NCBI GenBank assembly: GCA_003278765.1
Contig: QCDK01000004.1
Location: 6,437-70,436, forward strand
DNA: 64,000 bases
From: Prochlorococcus sp. AG-355-G23
GTDB taxonomy: Bacteria > Cyanobacteriota > Cyanobacteriia > PCC-6307 > Cyanobiaceae
Direction: 5' to 3'
Of the stretch, positions 21,186 to 31,349 are shown one piece after another. A program made the position numbers and the translations under genes. A model generated the notes under the pieces. The model was not told where the DNA came from. It saw only the letters and a program-made list of their open reading frames with translations, and did not search any database. The first letter of the stretch is position 1. Every line of letters begins with the position of its first letter.

Positions 21186-21518
21186 CTATTTAGGCAAAAT
21201 TGTAGGACCATCCAATAATTCGTCATTTTCATCGAGTGAATCTGGACTATCTGGCAAAGGTATCTCGATACTGGTAACCAAATTAATCACATCTCTTAGC
21301 CTCATAGAATCAGCAAACCATCCCATCGCTTGCTCGGCATCGCCTCTCTTCTCAGCATCATTTGCTTGATCTTCGTGAGCTTCAGCCAATAAAGCAAGCC
21401 AGCACAGACATCTTGCTTGAACTATTGAAAGATCTAAATCATTAGGTTGAGACTTAGAAATGCGTTCATGCTCTTGTTGAATTAAGAGCTTTAAGCGCAT
21501 ATCATGCAACTTTGCCAT
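21186..21518 (-). CDS. Conserved hypothetical protein
   Basis: 110 aa; VQARCLCWLALLAEAHEDQA, QAMGWFADSMRLRD. Confidence 0.75.
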   Translation of the reverse strand: MAKLHDMRLKLLIQQEHERISKSQPNDLDLSIVQARCLCWLALLAEAHEDQANDAEKRGDAEQAMGWFADSMRLRDVINLVTSIEIPLPDSPDSLDENDELLDGPTILPK

Positions 21519-21596
21519 AAAAGATTTACTACTAGCTATACGCTAGCTAGAGAGTAGCAATTTTGCACACATACTACATATAGTTTTTTATTTTTA

Positions 21597-21670
<74 letters not shown>

Positions 21671-21708
21671 AATAGATGATTTTTGGAGTATTAAGCATTA
21701 TGCTAAAG

Positions 21709-22084
21709 GAAAGCAGGAGAGGCAATCGCAAAAAAGTTTTATTTTGGAAACAAAATAAAACTTTTTTGAGGAAAGTCCGGGCTCCCACATGGTCAGGCTT
21801 GCTGGGTAATTCCCAGTGCGGGCAACCGTGAGGATAGTGCCACAGAAACATACCGCCTAATACTTCATGTATGGCAAGGGTGCAAGGGTGTGGTAAGAGC
21901 GCACCAGCAACATTGAGAAATGTTGGCTAGGTAAACCCCGGCTGGGAGCAAGGCTTAGTAGATTTATGACCATTAAACAATCTACTTTTAAGAGCCGCTT
22001 GAGACTGTGAAGTAATTCCAGTCCTAGATAGATGATCGCCCATCTTTATTAAGATGAACAGAACCCGGCTTATGACCTGCTTTC
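21709..22084 (+). ncRNA. rnpB: RNase P RNA (bacterial type A)
   Basis: GAGGAAAGTCCGGGCTCC, AGTGCCACAGAAA, GGTAAACCCC and AACAGAACCCGGCTTAT conserved regions; P1 ends GAAAGCAGG/CCTGCTTTC are complementary. Confidence 0.96.
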
Positions 22085-22109
22085 TAATTGTTATGATTAT
22101 CGAAATAAG

Positions 22110-22859
22110 ATGACAAATATAATTGACGCAAAGAGAATTAATAAAATCACTACTTTTTTAAAGTCTTTAAATATTAATTCGAAAAGATTTTCTGAAATAA
22201 TTAGAACTCAAGATATTTCAGCTATTCAAGATTTTAATCAAGCATTTATACACTCCTCAGAGGACAAAATAATAAATTACGAAAAATTAGAATTTTTCGG
22301 AGATGCAGTGCTCAGATTAGCTGCTTCTAATTTTATTGAAAAAAAATATCCTCAAATGAGTGTAGGAGAGAGATCAGAGCTAAGAGCACAAATTGTAAGT
22401 GATGAATGGTTAACTAAATTAGGGAAAAAAATTGATATAGAAAAATTAATAATTAAAGGACCTATAGCTCTTGGTGATGAAAATTCAAAAAATACTATTA
22501 TTGGTGAAGCTACAGAAGCTTTAATAGGTGCTATTTATAAGTCCTTTAATTCAATTCAGGAAGTAAATCTTTGGCTAGATGATATTTGGGAAAAAGATTC
22601 AGAAATATTTTTAAAAGCTCCATACAAATTCAAATCAAAGACAGTATTGCAAGAGTGGTGTCAAAGTAAAGGTTTTGATTTGCCAATATATAAAATAATT
22701 GAAGTCTCCAAAAAAATTGGGGACCCTAAAAGATTCTCTTGCAATATATTTATCGAAGGATTAAAAGAATCATCTGCATTCGGCAAATCCCATAAACAAG
22801 CAGAAACAAATGCAGCTAGAGTTTTGATAGAAAAATTTATAGCTAAAGGTAAATTCTAA
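22110..22859 (+). CDS. rnc: Ribonuclease III
   Basis: YEKLEFFGDAVL signature variant, EALIGAIY, C-terminal dsRBD (KTVLQEWCQ, GKSHKQAETNAA). Confidence 0.93.
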   Translation: MTNIIDAKRINKITTFLKSLNINSKRFSEIIRTQDISAIQDFNQAFIHSSEDKIINYEKLEFFGDAVLRLAASNFIEKKYPQMSVGERSELRAQIVSDEWLTKLGKKIDIEKLIIKGPIALGDENSKNTIIGEATEALIGAIYKSFNSIQEVNLWLDDIWEKDSEIFLKAPYKFKSKTVLQEWCQSKGFDLPIYKIIEVSKKIGDPKRFSCNIFIEGLKESSAFGKSHKQAETNAARVLIEKFIAKGKF

Positions 22860-22862
22860 TTT

Positions 22863-23048
22863 TTATACAATTTCTAGATTGGTTAGCTGAAAAGTTATGA
22901 GTTTATCCCAATTACCCCCTTCAAACAGAACAGCTGCTCTTTTTTTTGTAACTCTTTGTACAAACCCTTTATATCCTCTGTATATAGAATTATTATCTTT
23001 TACTACAACAAAAGAACCAGGGAGTATTGGTTTGGCAGATAATTCCAT
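22863..23048 (-). CDS. ndhS: NAD(P)H dehydrogenase subunit NdhS
   Basis: ILPG..V.V...SIY.GY.GFVQRV...AAVLFEGGNWDKLITF. Confidence 0.92.
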   Translation of the reverse strand: MELSAKPILPGSFVVVKDNNSIYRGYKGFVQRVTKKRAAVLFEGGNWDKLITFQLTNLEIV

Positions 23049-23073
23049 AAAACAATCTTTCTAATACAATATT

Positions 23074-23613
23074 ATGATAAATAAAAATGAATGGTTGATT
23101 GTTGGATTAATAACATCATGTCATGGAATTAATGGGCAGTTAAAGGTTAAATCTCTAAGTGATTTTGAAGAAAGATTTTTGAAACCTGGAATGAGATGGT
23201 TACAAAAAGAAAATGAACCTCCTTCAAAAATAGAACTCATATCTGGTTTCAAACAGCCTGGTAAAGAAACCTTTGTAGTTAAGCTAAAAGGAATAAATAC
23301 AAGAAATCATGCTGAGCAACTTAAAAAATTTAAAATTCTTGTAAAAACTGATAAATTACCTAAATTAAAAAAGGAAGAATTCCATTTGTTGGAACTTATA
23401 AATCTTGAAGTCAAGACTTTAGAAAATGATGAATTAAAAATAATTGGGAAAGTTATAAATTTAGAAAATGAGAAAAATAGTTTACTTGTTATTGAACTAT
23501 TTAAAAATCAAAAAAAAGTTCTCATACCATTTGTTAAAGAAATAGTCCCACTAGTAGATATTAAAAATAATTTTTTAGTTATCAATCCTCCAAGTGGTCT
23601 CTTAGAACTATAA
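23074..23613 (+). CDS. rimM: 16S rRNA processing protein RimM
   Basis: VG.I...[27 protein letters not shown]. Confidence 0.92.
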   Translation: MINKNEWLIVGLITSCHGINGQLKVKSLSDFEERFLKPGMRWLQKENEPPSKIELISGFKQPGKETFVVKLKGINTRNHAEQLKKFKILVKTDKLPKLKKEEFHLLELINLEVKTLENDELKIIGKVINLENEKNSLLVIELFKNQKKVLIPFVKEIVPLVDIKNNFLVINPPSGLLEL

Positions 23614-23644
23614 ATTTCGAAAATACAAGTTCGTAATACACAAA

Positions 23645-25540
23645 TCATTCGACAGTTACACTTTTAGCTAAATTTCTTGGCTGATCCACATCAAGACCTC
23701 TATGAGCTGCGATATGATAACTCAATAATTGTAAAGGTAATATATTAAGTAAAGGTGAAATCCATTCATTCGAGGAAGGTACTGTCATTAAATAATCAAA
23801 GATTTCAGTTCCATTACATTCAGGAGCAATCCCAATCAAATATGAATCTCTAGCTTTTGCTTCTTGAGCATTACTAATAACTTTGTCAAAAACTTCACCG
23901 GGGGAGGCAATTGAAATTACAGGTACTTTTTTATCTAATAAAGCTATTGGACCATGTTTCATTTCACCAGCAGGATATCCAGCAGCATGAATGTAACTAA
24001 TTTCTTTAAGTTTTAAAGCACCTTCAAGAGCAATTGGATAATTTATTCCCCTTCCTAAAAAAATAACATCTTTAATATTAAAAAAGTCATGGGCTAGTTT
24101 TTCTGAAGATTTATTATGTTTCTCTAAGAGATCTTCCAGTAATGGCGGAAGTTTTATAAGTTCGTTTATTAATTTTCCTATTTCAACAGGACTTTGATTG
24201 CCTTTAATTTGAGCAAATTTTATTGCTAACCCATAAAAAGAAAGTAATTGAGCAAAAAAAGTTTTCGTTGCTGCAACTCCAACTTCTATTCCTGCACAGA
24301 TATCAATGATGTTCGAAACCTGCCTTCCTATGGAACTCTCTGTTCTATTTGTTATTGCAATAAGATTGGGTTTAAATTTTTTATCTTCAATTGAAGAACG
24401 TCTTTTAATTTCCATATCGATAGCCGCAATTGTATCAGCAGTTTCTCCAGATTGAGTGACTCCAATAGTGAGTGTATTTGGCAATAATGGAGGCGGTGAA
24501 TATCGAAATTCACTTGCATAAAAGACATTTGTGGGGATACCTGAAAATTGTTCTAATAAAAAGCTGCCCACCATTGCTGCATGTTTACTTGTACCACAAG
24601 CAATAATTTCAATTCTTTCTATTGATTCAAAAAAATCTGTACTAAAAGGGTATTTGATTTGATATTGACCATTTTCTAAGTTCTTAATTAAATAATTCTC
24701 CAGCCAATTTTTTGCAGTCTGTGGCTGATCATATATTTCTTTTAACATGTAGTGTTTGAAGTTCATCTTATCCATTATTTGCTCTGAGACTTTTAGAGAA
24801 ACTGGATTTCGGTATTGTCTCTCGTTGCTTGAGTCATATATTTCAATTCCAAGCGGAGTTAACAAAGCTATTTCTTCATCCTCCATAGGTAAAATAATAT
24901 TCGTAAAGTTTGCAATGGCTGGAGTATCACTAGCACAAATAAATTCTCCTTCACCCAAACCAATAATCAAGGGCGCTTGTTTTCTTGCAACTACCAAGGA
25001 GGTTGGAGCTCCAGACCATAACACTGCTAAAGCATAAGATCCTTCTAAATCAGATATTACATTTCTTACAGCTACTAATAATGTTGAACCATTATTCTCA
25101 AGATTAAGTTTACCTAATGTATTTAACTCTCTTTGAATTAGATGGGGAATTACCTCAGTATCTGTATCCGAATTAAAAATAATGCCCTCTTCCTCTAATT
25201 TATTCTTTAAATCTTGGAAATTTTCAATAATGCCATTTTGAACTACTGCTATGTTTCCTGAACTATCAGTATGAGGATGTGCATTTTTAACCTCAGGCTT
25301 TCCATGAGTTGCCCATCTGGTATGACCTATACCCACAGTTCCAGGAATATTGTGATCATTAAGATGACTTATTAAATTCTTGAGTTTTCCTTCTGCTTTA
25401 TTACAAGAAATACAATTTGTTTCGGAATTTATTATCGCAATACCTGCAGAATCATAACCTCTATATTCAAGTTTTTCTAAACCATTAATTAATAACGGTA
25501 GAGCTTTTTTATATCCAGTTACAGCTACTATTCCACACAT
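23645..25540 (-). CDS. glmS: Glutamine-fructose-6-phosphate transaminase
   Basis: MCGIV, LEYRGYDSAG, GHTRWATHG, QSGETADT, QPRNLAKSVTVE. Confidence 0.98.
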   Translation of the reverse strand: MCGIVAVTGYKKALPLLINGLEKLEYRGYDSAGIAIINSETNCISCNKAEGKLKNLISHLNDHNIPGTVGIGHTRWATHGKPEVKNAHPHTDSSGNIAVVQNGIIENFQDLKNKLEEEGIIFNSDTDTEVIPHLIQRELNTLGKLNLENNGSTLLVAVRNVISDLEGSYALAVLWSGAPTSLVVARKQAPLIIGLGEGEFICASDTPAIANFTNIILPMEDEEIALLTPLGIEIYDSSNERQYRNPVSLKVSEQIMDKMNFKHYMLKEIYDQPQTAKNWLENYLIKNLENGQYQIKYPFSTDFFESIERIEIIACGTSKHAAMVGSFLLEQFSGIPTNVFYASEFRYSPPPLLPNTLTIGVTQSGETADTIAAIDMEIKRRSSIEDKKFKPNLIAITNRTESSIGRQVSNIIDICAGIEVGVAATKTFFAQLLSFYGLAIKFAQIKGNQSPVEIGKLINELIKLPPLLEDLLEKHNKSSEKLAHDFFNIKDVIFLGRGINYPIALEGALKLKEISYIHAAGYPAGEMKHGPIALLDKKVPVISIASPGEVFDKVISNAQEAKARDSYLIGIAPECNGTEIFDYLMTVPSSNEWISPLLNILPLQLLSYHIAAHRGLDVDQPRNLAKSVTVE

Positions 25541-25620
25541 ACGAAATTTTTTTTCAATTATATTGAAATAAAATGCGTATTTACTAAAACATGGACTCTC
25601 TTAAAACTGCACTACAAAAA

Positions 25621-25908
<288 letters not shown>

Positions 25909-25999
25909 TTACAAAGAAATTAAAAAAATTAAGATATGCTTCACTCTTGTTAACTCTAGGGCATAAAATCATATAGATAATTAGTAATTTACATAAATT

Positions 26000-26239
26000 A
26001 TGTCACAAGAAATTCTCGAAAAAGTCTGTTCTATTGTTTCAGAACAATTAAGCGTTGAAGCAGGAGAAGTAAAATCAGATTCAAATTTCCAAAATGATTT
26101 AGGTGCAGATTCTCTAGATACTGTTGAACTAGTGATGGCTCTTGAAGAAGCATTTGATATTGAAATTCCTGATGAAGCAGCTGAAGGGATAGCAACTGTT
26201 GGCGATGCAGTAAAATTCATCGAAGAAAAAAAAGGTTAA
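26000..26239 (+). CDS. acpP: Acyl carrier protein
   Basis: [20 protein letters not shown]. Confidence 0.98.
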   Translation: MSQEILEKVCSIVSEQLSVEAGEVKSDSNFQNDLGADSLDTVELVMALEEAFDIEIPDEAAEGIATVGDAVKFIEEKKG

Positions 26240-26245
26240 TAAAGA

Positions 26246-27490
26246 ATGCCAAATTTCCATCGAGTAGTTATTACTGGTATCGGAGCAGTAACTCCTATAG
26301 GTAATAACATTGATGAATATTTAGTCGGTCTTCAAACAGGAACTAATGGGGTCTCTGATATCACCCTCTTTGATCCTGAACAACATCCCTGCAAATTTGC
26401 AGCAGAAGTAAAAAATCTTCAATCTGACAATTTTATTGAAGCTAAAGAATCCAAAAGATGGGATCGTTTTTCCCAATTTGGAGTTATTGCTGCAAAGCAA
26501 GCCTTTAATGATTCTGGACTTGAAATTACTGAAGATAATGCATCAAGAATTGGAGTGATTATTGGTTCTGGTGTTGGAGGCTTACTAACTATGGAAAGTC
26601 AAGCTCAAATATTGAGTCATAAAGGACCTAAAAGAGTAAGTCCATTTACAGTCCCAATGATGATTCCAAACATGGCAACTGGATTGGCTGCAATCGCTTT
26701 GGGTGCAAAAGGACCAAGTTCCTCTGTTTCCACCGCATGCGCTGCCGGTTCAAATGCAATTGGTGATTCATTTAGACTACTCCAACTTGGAAAAGCAGAT
26801 GCAATGATCTGTGGGGGAGCTGAAGCAAGTATTACGCCTCTCGGAGTAGCTGGTTTTGCCAGTGCCAAAGCTCTTTCTTCCAGAAATGACAGTCCTCAAA
26901 CTGCTAGCAGACCTTTTGATGCAGAAAGAGATGGATTTGTTATTGGAGAGGGATCTGGAATTCTTGTTTTAGAGACTTTTGAAAATGCACAAAAGAGGAA
27001 TGCGAGAATTTACGCAGAAATAGTTGGATATGGAACAACATGTGATGCTCATCATATTACTGCTCCATCTCCAGGCGGGGTTGGAGGCGCCGAAGCTATT
27101 AAATTAGCAATTGAAGATGCTTGTCTTAGCATTGAAAAAGTTGATTACATAAATGCTCATGGAACAAGTACATCAGCTAATGATAAAAATGAAACTTCTG
27201 CAATTAAATCTATTTTTAAAGACAGATCTTACCTCATTCCTGTAAGCTCTACTAAGTCGATGACAGGTCATCTCTTAGGAGGCTCGGGAGGTATAGAAGC
27301 TGTAGCTTGTATACTTTCTTTGACACATAATTTTATCCCTCCTACAATTAACTACGTTAATCCAGATCCTGAGTGTGATCTTGATTATGTACCAAATAAT
27401 GCAAGAGAAGCTCAAATAGGAGTTGCTCTTTCTAATTCTTTCGGCTTTGGTGGTCACAATGTTTGCCTTGCTTTCAGCAAAATGAATTGA
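26246..27490 (+). CDS. fabF: 3-oxoacyl-ACP synthase II
   Basis: RVVITGIG, TACAAG, NAHGTST, KSMTGHLLG, SNSFGFGGHN. Confidence 0.97.
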   Translation: MPNFHRVVITGIGAVTPIGNNIDEYLVGLQTGTNGVSDITLFDPEQHPCKFAAEVKNLQSDNFIEAKESKRWDRFSQFGVIAAKQAFNDSGLEITEDNASRIGVIIGSGVGGLLTMESQAQILSHKGPKRVSPFTVPMMIPNMATGLAAIALGAKGPSSSVSTACAAGSNAIGDSFRLLQLGKADAMICGGAEASITPLGVAGFASAKALSSRNDSPQTASRPFDAERDGFVIGEGSGILVLETFENAQKRNARIYAEIVGYGTTCDAHHITAPSPGGVGGAEAIKLAIEDACLSIEKVDYINAHGTSTSANDKNETSAIKSIFKDRSYLIPVSSTKSMTGHLLGGSGGIEAVACILSLTHNFIPPTINYVNPDPECDLDYVPNNAREAQIGVALSNSFGFGGHNVCLAFSKMN

Positions 27491-27533
27491 AGACAACCAA
27501 TTCTGTATTCCCAACTTAACTTAATTTAAAACA

Positions 27534-29540
27534 ATGGTCGCTGCATCTGTTTCATTAGAATCACTTTGTGTAAATAGTATAAGAATGCTTGCTGTAGATG
27601 CAGTAAATAAATCTAATAGTGGACATCCTGGATTACCAATGGGATGTGCTCCTATGGGTTATGCATTATGGCAAAACATACTTAATCACAACCCAAATAA
27701 CCCAAAATGGTTCAATAGAGACCGTTTTGTATTGTCAGCTGGTCATGGCTGTATGCTGTTATATTCCTTACTTCATTTGACAGGATATAAATCAGTTTCT
27801 ATAGAAGACATTAAAGAATTTAGACAATGGGGATCAAAAACTCCTGGACATCCAGAAACATTTGAAACTGAAGGTGTTGAGGTTACAGCTGGTCCCCTTG
27901 GAGCAGGAATTTCAAATGCAGTTGGTTTAGCAATAGCTGAAACTCACTTAGCAGCAAAATTTAATAAGCCTGATTGCAATATAGTTGATCACTTTACTTA
28001 CGTAATAATGGGTGACGGCTGTAATCAAGAGGGTATCGCATCAGAGGCCTGCTCACTAGCTGGTCACCTTAAGCTTGGAAAATTAATTGCACTCTATGAC
28101 GATAATCAAATTACAATTGATGGGCGAACCGACGTTTCTTTCACCGAAGATGTTTTAAAAAGATACGAAGCTTATGGATGGCATGTACAACATGTTGAAG
28201 ATGGCAACCATGATGTTAAAGGAATTACCGAAGCTATCGAAAAAGCAAAATTAGTTACAGACAAGCCTTCAATTATAAAAATCTCTACAACCATAGGTTA
28301 TGGTTCCCCTAATAAATCAGATACTGCTGGGATTCATGGAGCAGCTGTTGGAGAAGAAGAAGCTTCATTAACTAGAGAGTTTCTAAATTGGGAATATCCT
28401 CCATTTGAAATACCAGATGAAGTATATGCACACTTTAGAAAATCGATAAACAAAGGCGAAAATTTAGAGAAAGAATGGGATTCTAAGTTTGAAGAATATC
28501 AAAACAAATATCCCTCCGAAGGAGCCGAATTAAACAGAATGTTAAAAGGCCAATTACCTGAGAATTGGGACTCAGGTCTACCCACTTATACCCCTGATGA
28601 TAAAGGTTTAGCCACTAGAAAGCATTCACAAATATGTTTAGGTGCTTTAGGACCTAATCTGCCTGAATTAATTGGCGGATCGGCAGACTTAACTCACTCT
28701 AACTACACAGATATCAAGGGCGAAACTGGATCATTTCAGCCTCATAGTCCTGAAAAAAGATATTTACATTTTGGCGTACGAGAACATGCTATGGCAGCTG
28801 TACTTAATGGTATTGCCTATCACAATAGTGGTCTCATTCCTTATGGTGGAACTTTCCTCGTTTTCGCCGATTATATGAGAGGTTCAATGAGGCTTTCAGC
28901 ACTCAGCGAATTAGGAGTGATCTATGTATTAACTCATGATTCAATTGGTGTAGGAGAAGACGGGCCAACACATCAACCTATTGAAACTATCCCCTCTCTG
29001 CGAGCCATGCCTAACATGCTAGTTTTCAGACCAGGAGACGGAAATGAGACAAGTGGAGCTTATAAGCTCGCTATCCAAAATCGAAAAAGACCTTCTGCCC
29101 TTTGTTTAAGTAGACAAGGTATGCCAAATCAAGAAAATACTTCGATCGACAAAGTTGCTTTAGGAGGATATGTAGTTTCTGATTGTGAAGGAACACCAGA
29201 TCTAATATTTATTGGTACTGGAAGCGAACTTAATCTTTGCATTGAAGCAAGTAAGCAAATTTCAAGCTTAGGTAAAAAAATTAGAGTTGTATCTATGCCT
29301 TGTGTAGAACTTTTTGAAGAGCAAGAAGAATCTTACAAAGAAAGTGTTTTACCTAGTAGTGTGAAAAAAAGAGTTGTAGTAGAAGCTGCCCATTCGTTTG
29401 GTTGGCATAAATATACAGGTTTTGATGGAATTTGTATTACTATGGACAGATTTGGTGCATCAGCGCCAGGTGGAGAATGTATGAAAAATTTTGGATTTAC
29501 GATCGAAAACGTAGTAAATAAGACGAAGGAAATTCTATAA
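27534..29540 (+). CDS. tktA: Transketolase
   Basis: [44 protein letters not shown]. Confidence 0.98.
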   Translation: MVAASVSLESLCVNSIRMLAVDAVNKSNSGHPGLPMGCAPMGYALWQNILNHNPNNPKWFNRDRFVLSAGHGCMLLYSLLHLTGYKSVSIEDIKEFRQWGSKTPGHPETFETEGVEVTAGPLGAGISNAVGLAIAETHLAAKFNKPDCNIVDHFTYVIMGDGCNQEGIASEACSLAGHLKLGKLIALYDDNQITIDGRTDVSFTEDVLKRYEAYGWHVQHVEDGNHDVKGITEAIEKAKLVTDKPSIIKISTTIGYGSPNKSDTAGIHGAAVGEEEASLTREFLNWEYPPFEIPDEVYAHFRKSINKGENLEKEWDSKFEEYQNKYPSEGAELNRMLKGQLPENWDSGLPTYTPDDKGLATRKHSQICLGALGPNLPELIGGSADLTHSNYTDIKGETGSFQPHSPEKRYLHFGVREHAMAAVLNGIAYHNSGLIPYGGTFLVFADYMRGSMRLSALSELGVIYVLTHDSIGVGEDGPTHQPIETIPSLRAMPNMLVFRPGDGNETSGAYKLAIQNRKRPSALCLSRQGMPNQENTSIDKVALGGYVVSDCEGTPDLIFIGTGSELNLCIEASKQISSLGKKIRVVSMPCVELFEEQEESYKESVLPSSVKKRVVVEAAHSFGWHKYTGFDGICITMDRFGASAPGGECMKNFGFTIENVVNKTKEIL

Positions 29541-29554
29541 CTACTAATTTATAA

Positions 29555-30925
29555 CTACACTGAAGTATTGCATCCTTCAAGCTTATCTTTTAGCTGATCA
29601 AGAGATTCATCAGAAATCTTTGAATTCATTGGGCAATGTTTAGGACCACACATTGAACAAAACTCGGCTTTTTTAAAGATTTCTTCAGGCAGTGTCTCAT
29701 CATGGTACTGCTTTGCCCTTTCTGGATCTAATGAAAGTTCGAATTGTTTATTCCAATCAAAGTTATACCTTGCATGACTAAGTTCATCATCTCGATCACG
29801 AGCTCCAGCTCTATGTCTTGCTATATCTGCAGCGTGAGCAGCTATTTTATAAGCAATTAAGCCTTCCCTAACATCTTCTGCATTGGGTAGACCTAGATGT
29901 TCTTTTGGCGTTACATAACATAACATAGATGTTCCATACCACCCTGCCATCGCAGCCCCAATAGCACTTGATATATGGTCATAACCAGGAGATATATCGG
30001 TTACTAATGGACCAAGCACATAAAATGGAGCCTCTGAACATTCTTCCATTTGCTTTCTCACGTTAAACTCAATTTGGTCCATAGGTACATGACCAGGACC
30101 CTCTACCATTACTTGAACATTATGTTCCCACGCTCTTCGAGTAAGTTGGCCTAAGGTCTTCAATTCAGCGAGCTGAGCATCATCAGAAGCATCATGTAAG
30201 CATCCAGGTCTTAATGAATCTCCTAGAGAAAAAGTACAATCATATTTCTTAAAAATCTCACAAATGTCATCAAACCTTGTGTAGAGAGGATTTTGTTTAA
30301 AGTGATGCAGCATCCATTGGGCTAGAATTCCTCCCCCCCTACTAACAATTCCAGTGATTCTTCCTTTGACTTTCGGCAAATGCTCTATTAATAGCCCAGC
30401 ATGAATAGTTTGATAATCTACGCCCTGCTGACAATGTTTTTCAATAATATGAAGAAAATCGTCTTCAGTTAGTTTATCTATTGAACCATGTACACTTTCT
30501 AATGCTTGATATACAGGCACTGTACCGATAGGAACAGGAGACTCATGAATAATTGCTTGCCGTACTTCATCTAAATTTACTCCTCCTGTAGAAAGATCCA
30601 TAACTGTATCAGCCCCATATTTAACTGCAAGTTTTAGCTTCTCTACTTCTTCATTGATATCACTTGCATTAGGGGAAGCACCAATATTGGCATTAACTTT
30701 GCATCTAGAAGCAATACCTATAGACATTGGCTCAAGATTCAAATGATTAATATTAGCTGGAATAATTAATCTTCCTCTTGCCACTTCTTCCATTATTAAA
30801 GAAGAAGGAAGATTCTCTTTTTTAGCGACAAAATCCATTTCTTCAGTAATATATCCGTTTCTCGCGAAGTTCATCTGAGTTACATTTTCTTTGCCAAGGC
30901 GAGGCTTAATCCAAGAACTTCTCAT
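29555..30925 (-). CDS. thiC: Phosphomethylpyrimidine (HMP-P) synthase
   Basis: [44 protein letters not shown] Fe-S motif. Confidence 0.98.
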   Translation of the reverse strand: MRSSWIKPRLGKENVTQMNFARNGYITEEMDFVAKKENLPSSLIMEEVARGRLIIPANINHLNLEPMSIGIASRCKVNANIGASPNASDINEEVEKLKLAVKYGADTVMDLSTGGVNLDEVRQAIIHESPVPIGTVPVYQALESVHGSIDKLTEDDFLHIIEKHCQQGVDYQTIHAGLLIEHLPKVKGRITGIVSRGGGILAQWMLHHFKQNPLYTRFDDICEIFKKYDCTFSLGDSLRPGCLHDASDDAQLAELKTLGQLTRRAWEHNVQVMVEGPGHVPMDQIEFNVRKQMEECSEAPFYVLGPLVTDISPGYDHISSAIGAAMAGWYGTSMLCYVTPKEHLGLPNAEDVREGLIAYKIAAHAADIARHRAGARDRDDELSHARYNFDWNKQFELSLDPERAKQYHDETLPEEIFKKAEFCSMCGPKHCPMNSKISDESLDQLKDKLEGCNTSV

Positions 30926-30973
30926 AATTTACAAATTTTTAAAAATGTTATTACTAAAGTTTGATCAAATCTT

Positions 30974-31053
30974 CACTTCCCTGAATCAAGATTAATGATT
31001 CAGGTTCAAAGGGTATGATCTCAGCTAAGTTAAAATTCTTAGCACCCCTAGTA
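30974..31053 (-). promoter_or_regulatory. TPP-class riboswitch aptamer upstream of thiC (atypical P4/P5 junction)
   Basis: Minus strand: ACTAGGGGTGCTAAG...CTTAGCTGAGATCATACCCTTTGAACCTGAATCATTAATCTTGATTCAGGGAAGTG; GGGG, CTGAGA, ACCC, GAACCTG, TAAT and AGGGAAG landmarks in order, about 50 nt before the thiC ATG. Confidence 0.9.
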
Positions 31054-31121
31054 TTAATCTTATTAATAGCTCTTTTCTAAAAAATAGTCATCTCATGTTG
31101 CATAAAAATAAATAAATGATT

Positions 31122-31337
31122 TTATTTACATTTTTTATAAGACTTTATCTTTTTTAAAATATTTTTCCTATCCAATTGTCTGCTTATACCCCTCTCCAAA
31201 ATAATTACAATCCCCATAAAGCCAATAGGTAAATAAAAAATCTTCCTGGGATTGTCTCTAAATATCAATCCGAGAGCAGATAGAAGGATCATGAAAGGAG
31301 CAACAAAAGATAAAATAAATCTTTGATTAATTTTCAT
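31122..31337 (-). CDS. Small membrane protein (DUF3188-like)
   Basis: Two hydrophobic segments (APFMILL..; YLPIG..) and a basic tail. Confidence 0.6.
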   Translation of the reverse strand: MKINQRFILSFVAPFMILLSALGLIFRDNPRKIFYLPIGFMGIVIILERGISRQLDRKNILKKIKSYKKCK

Positions 31338-31349
31338 TTACCAATTGTA

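Noticed and set aside
20699-21518. Possibility that the two hypothetical ORFs are one frameshifted gene
   Set aside because: The upstream frame ends in tandem TAG TGA, the downstream frame has its own TAA before the start, and there is no homopolymer at the junction.
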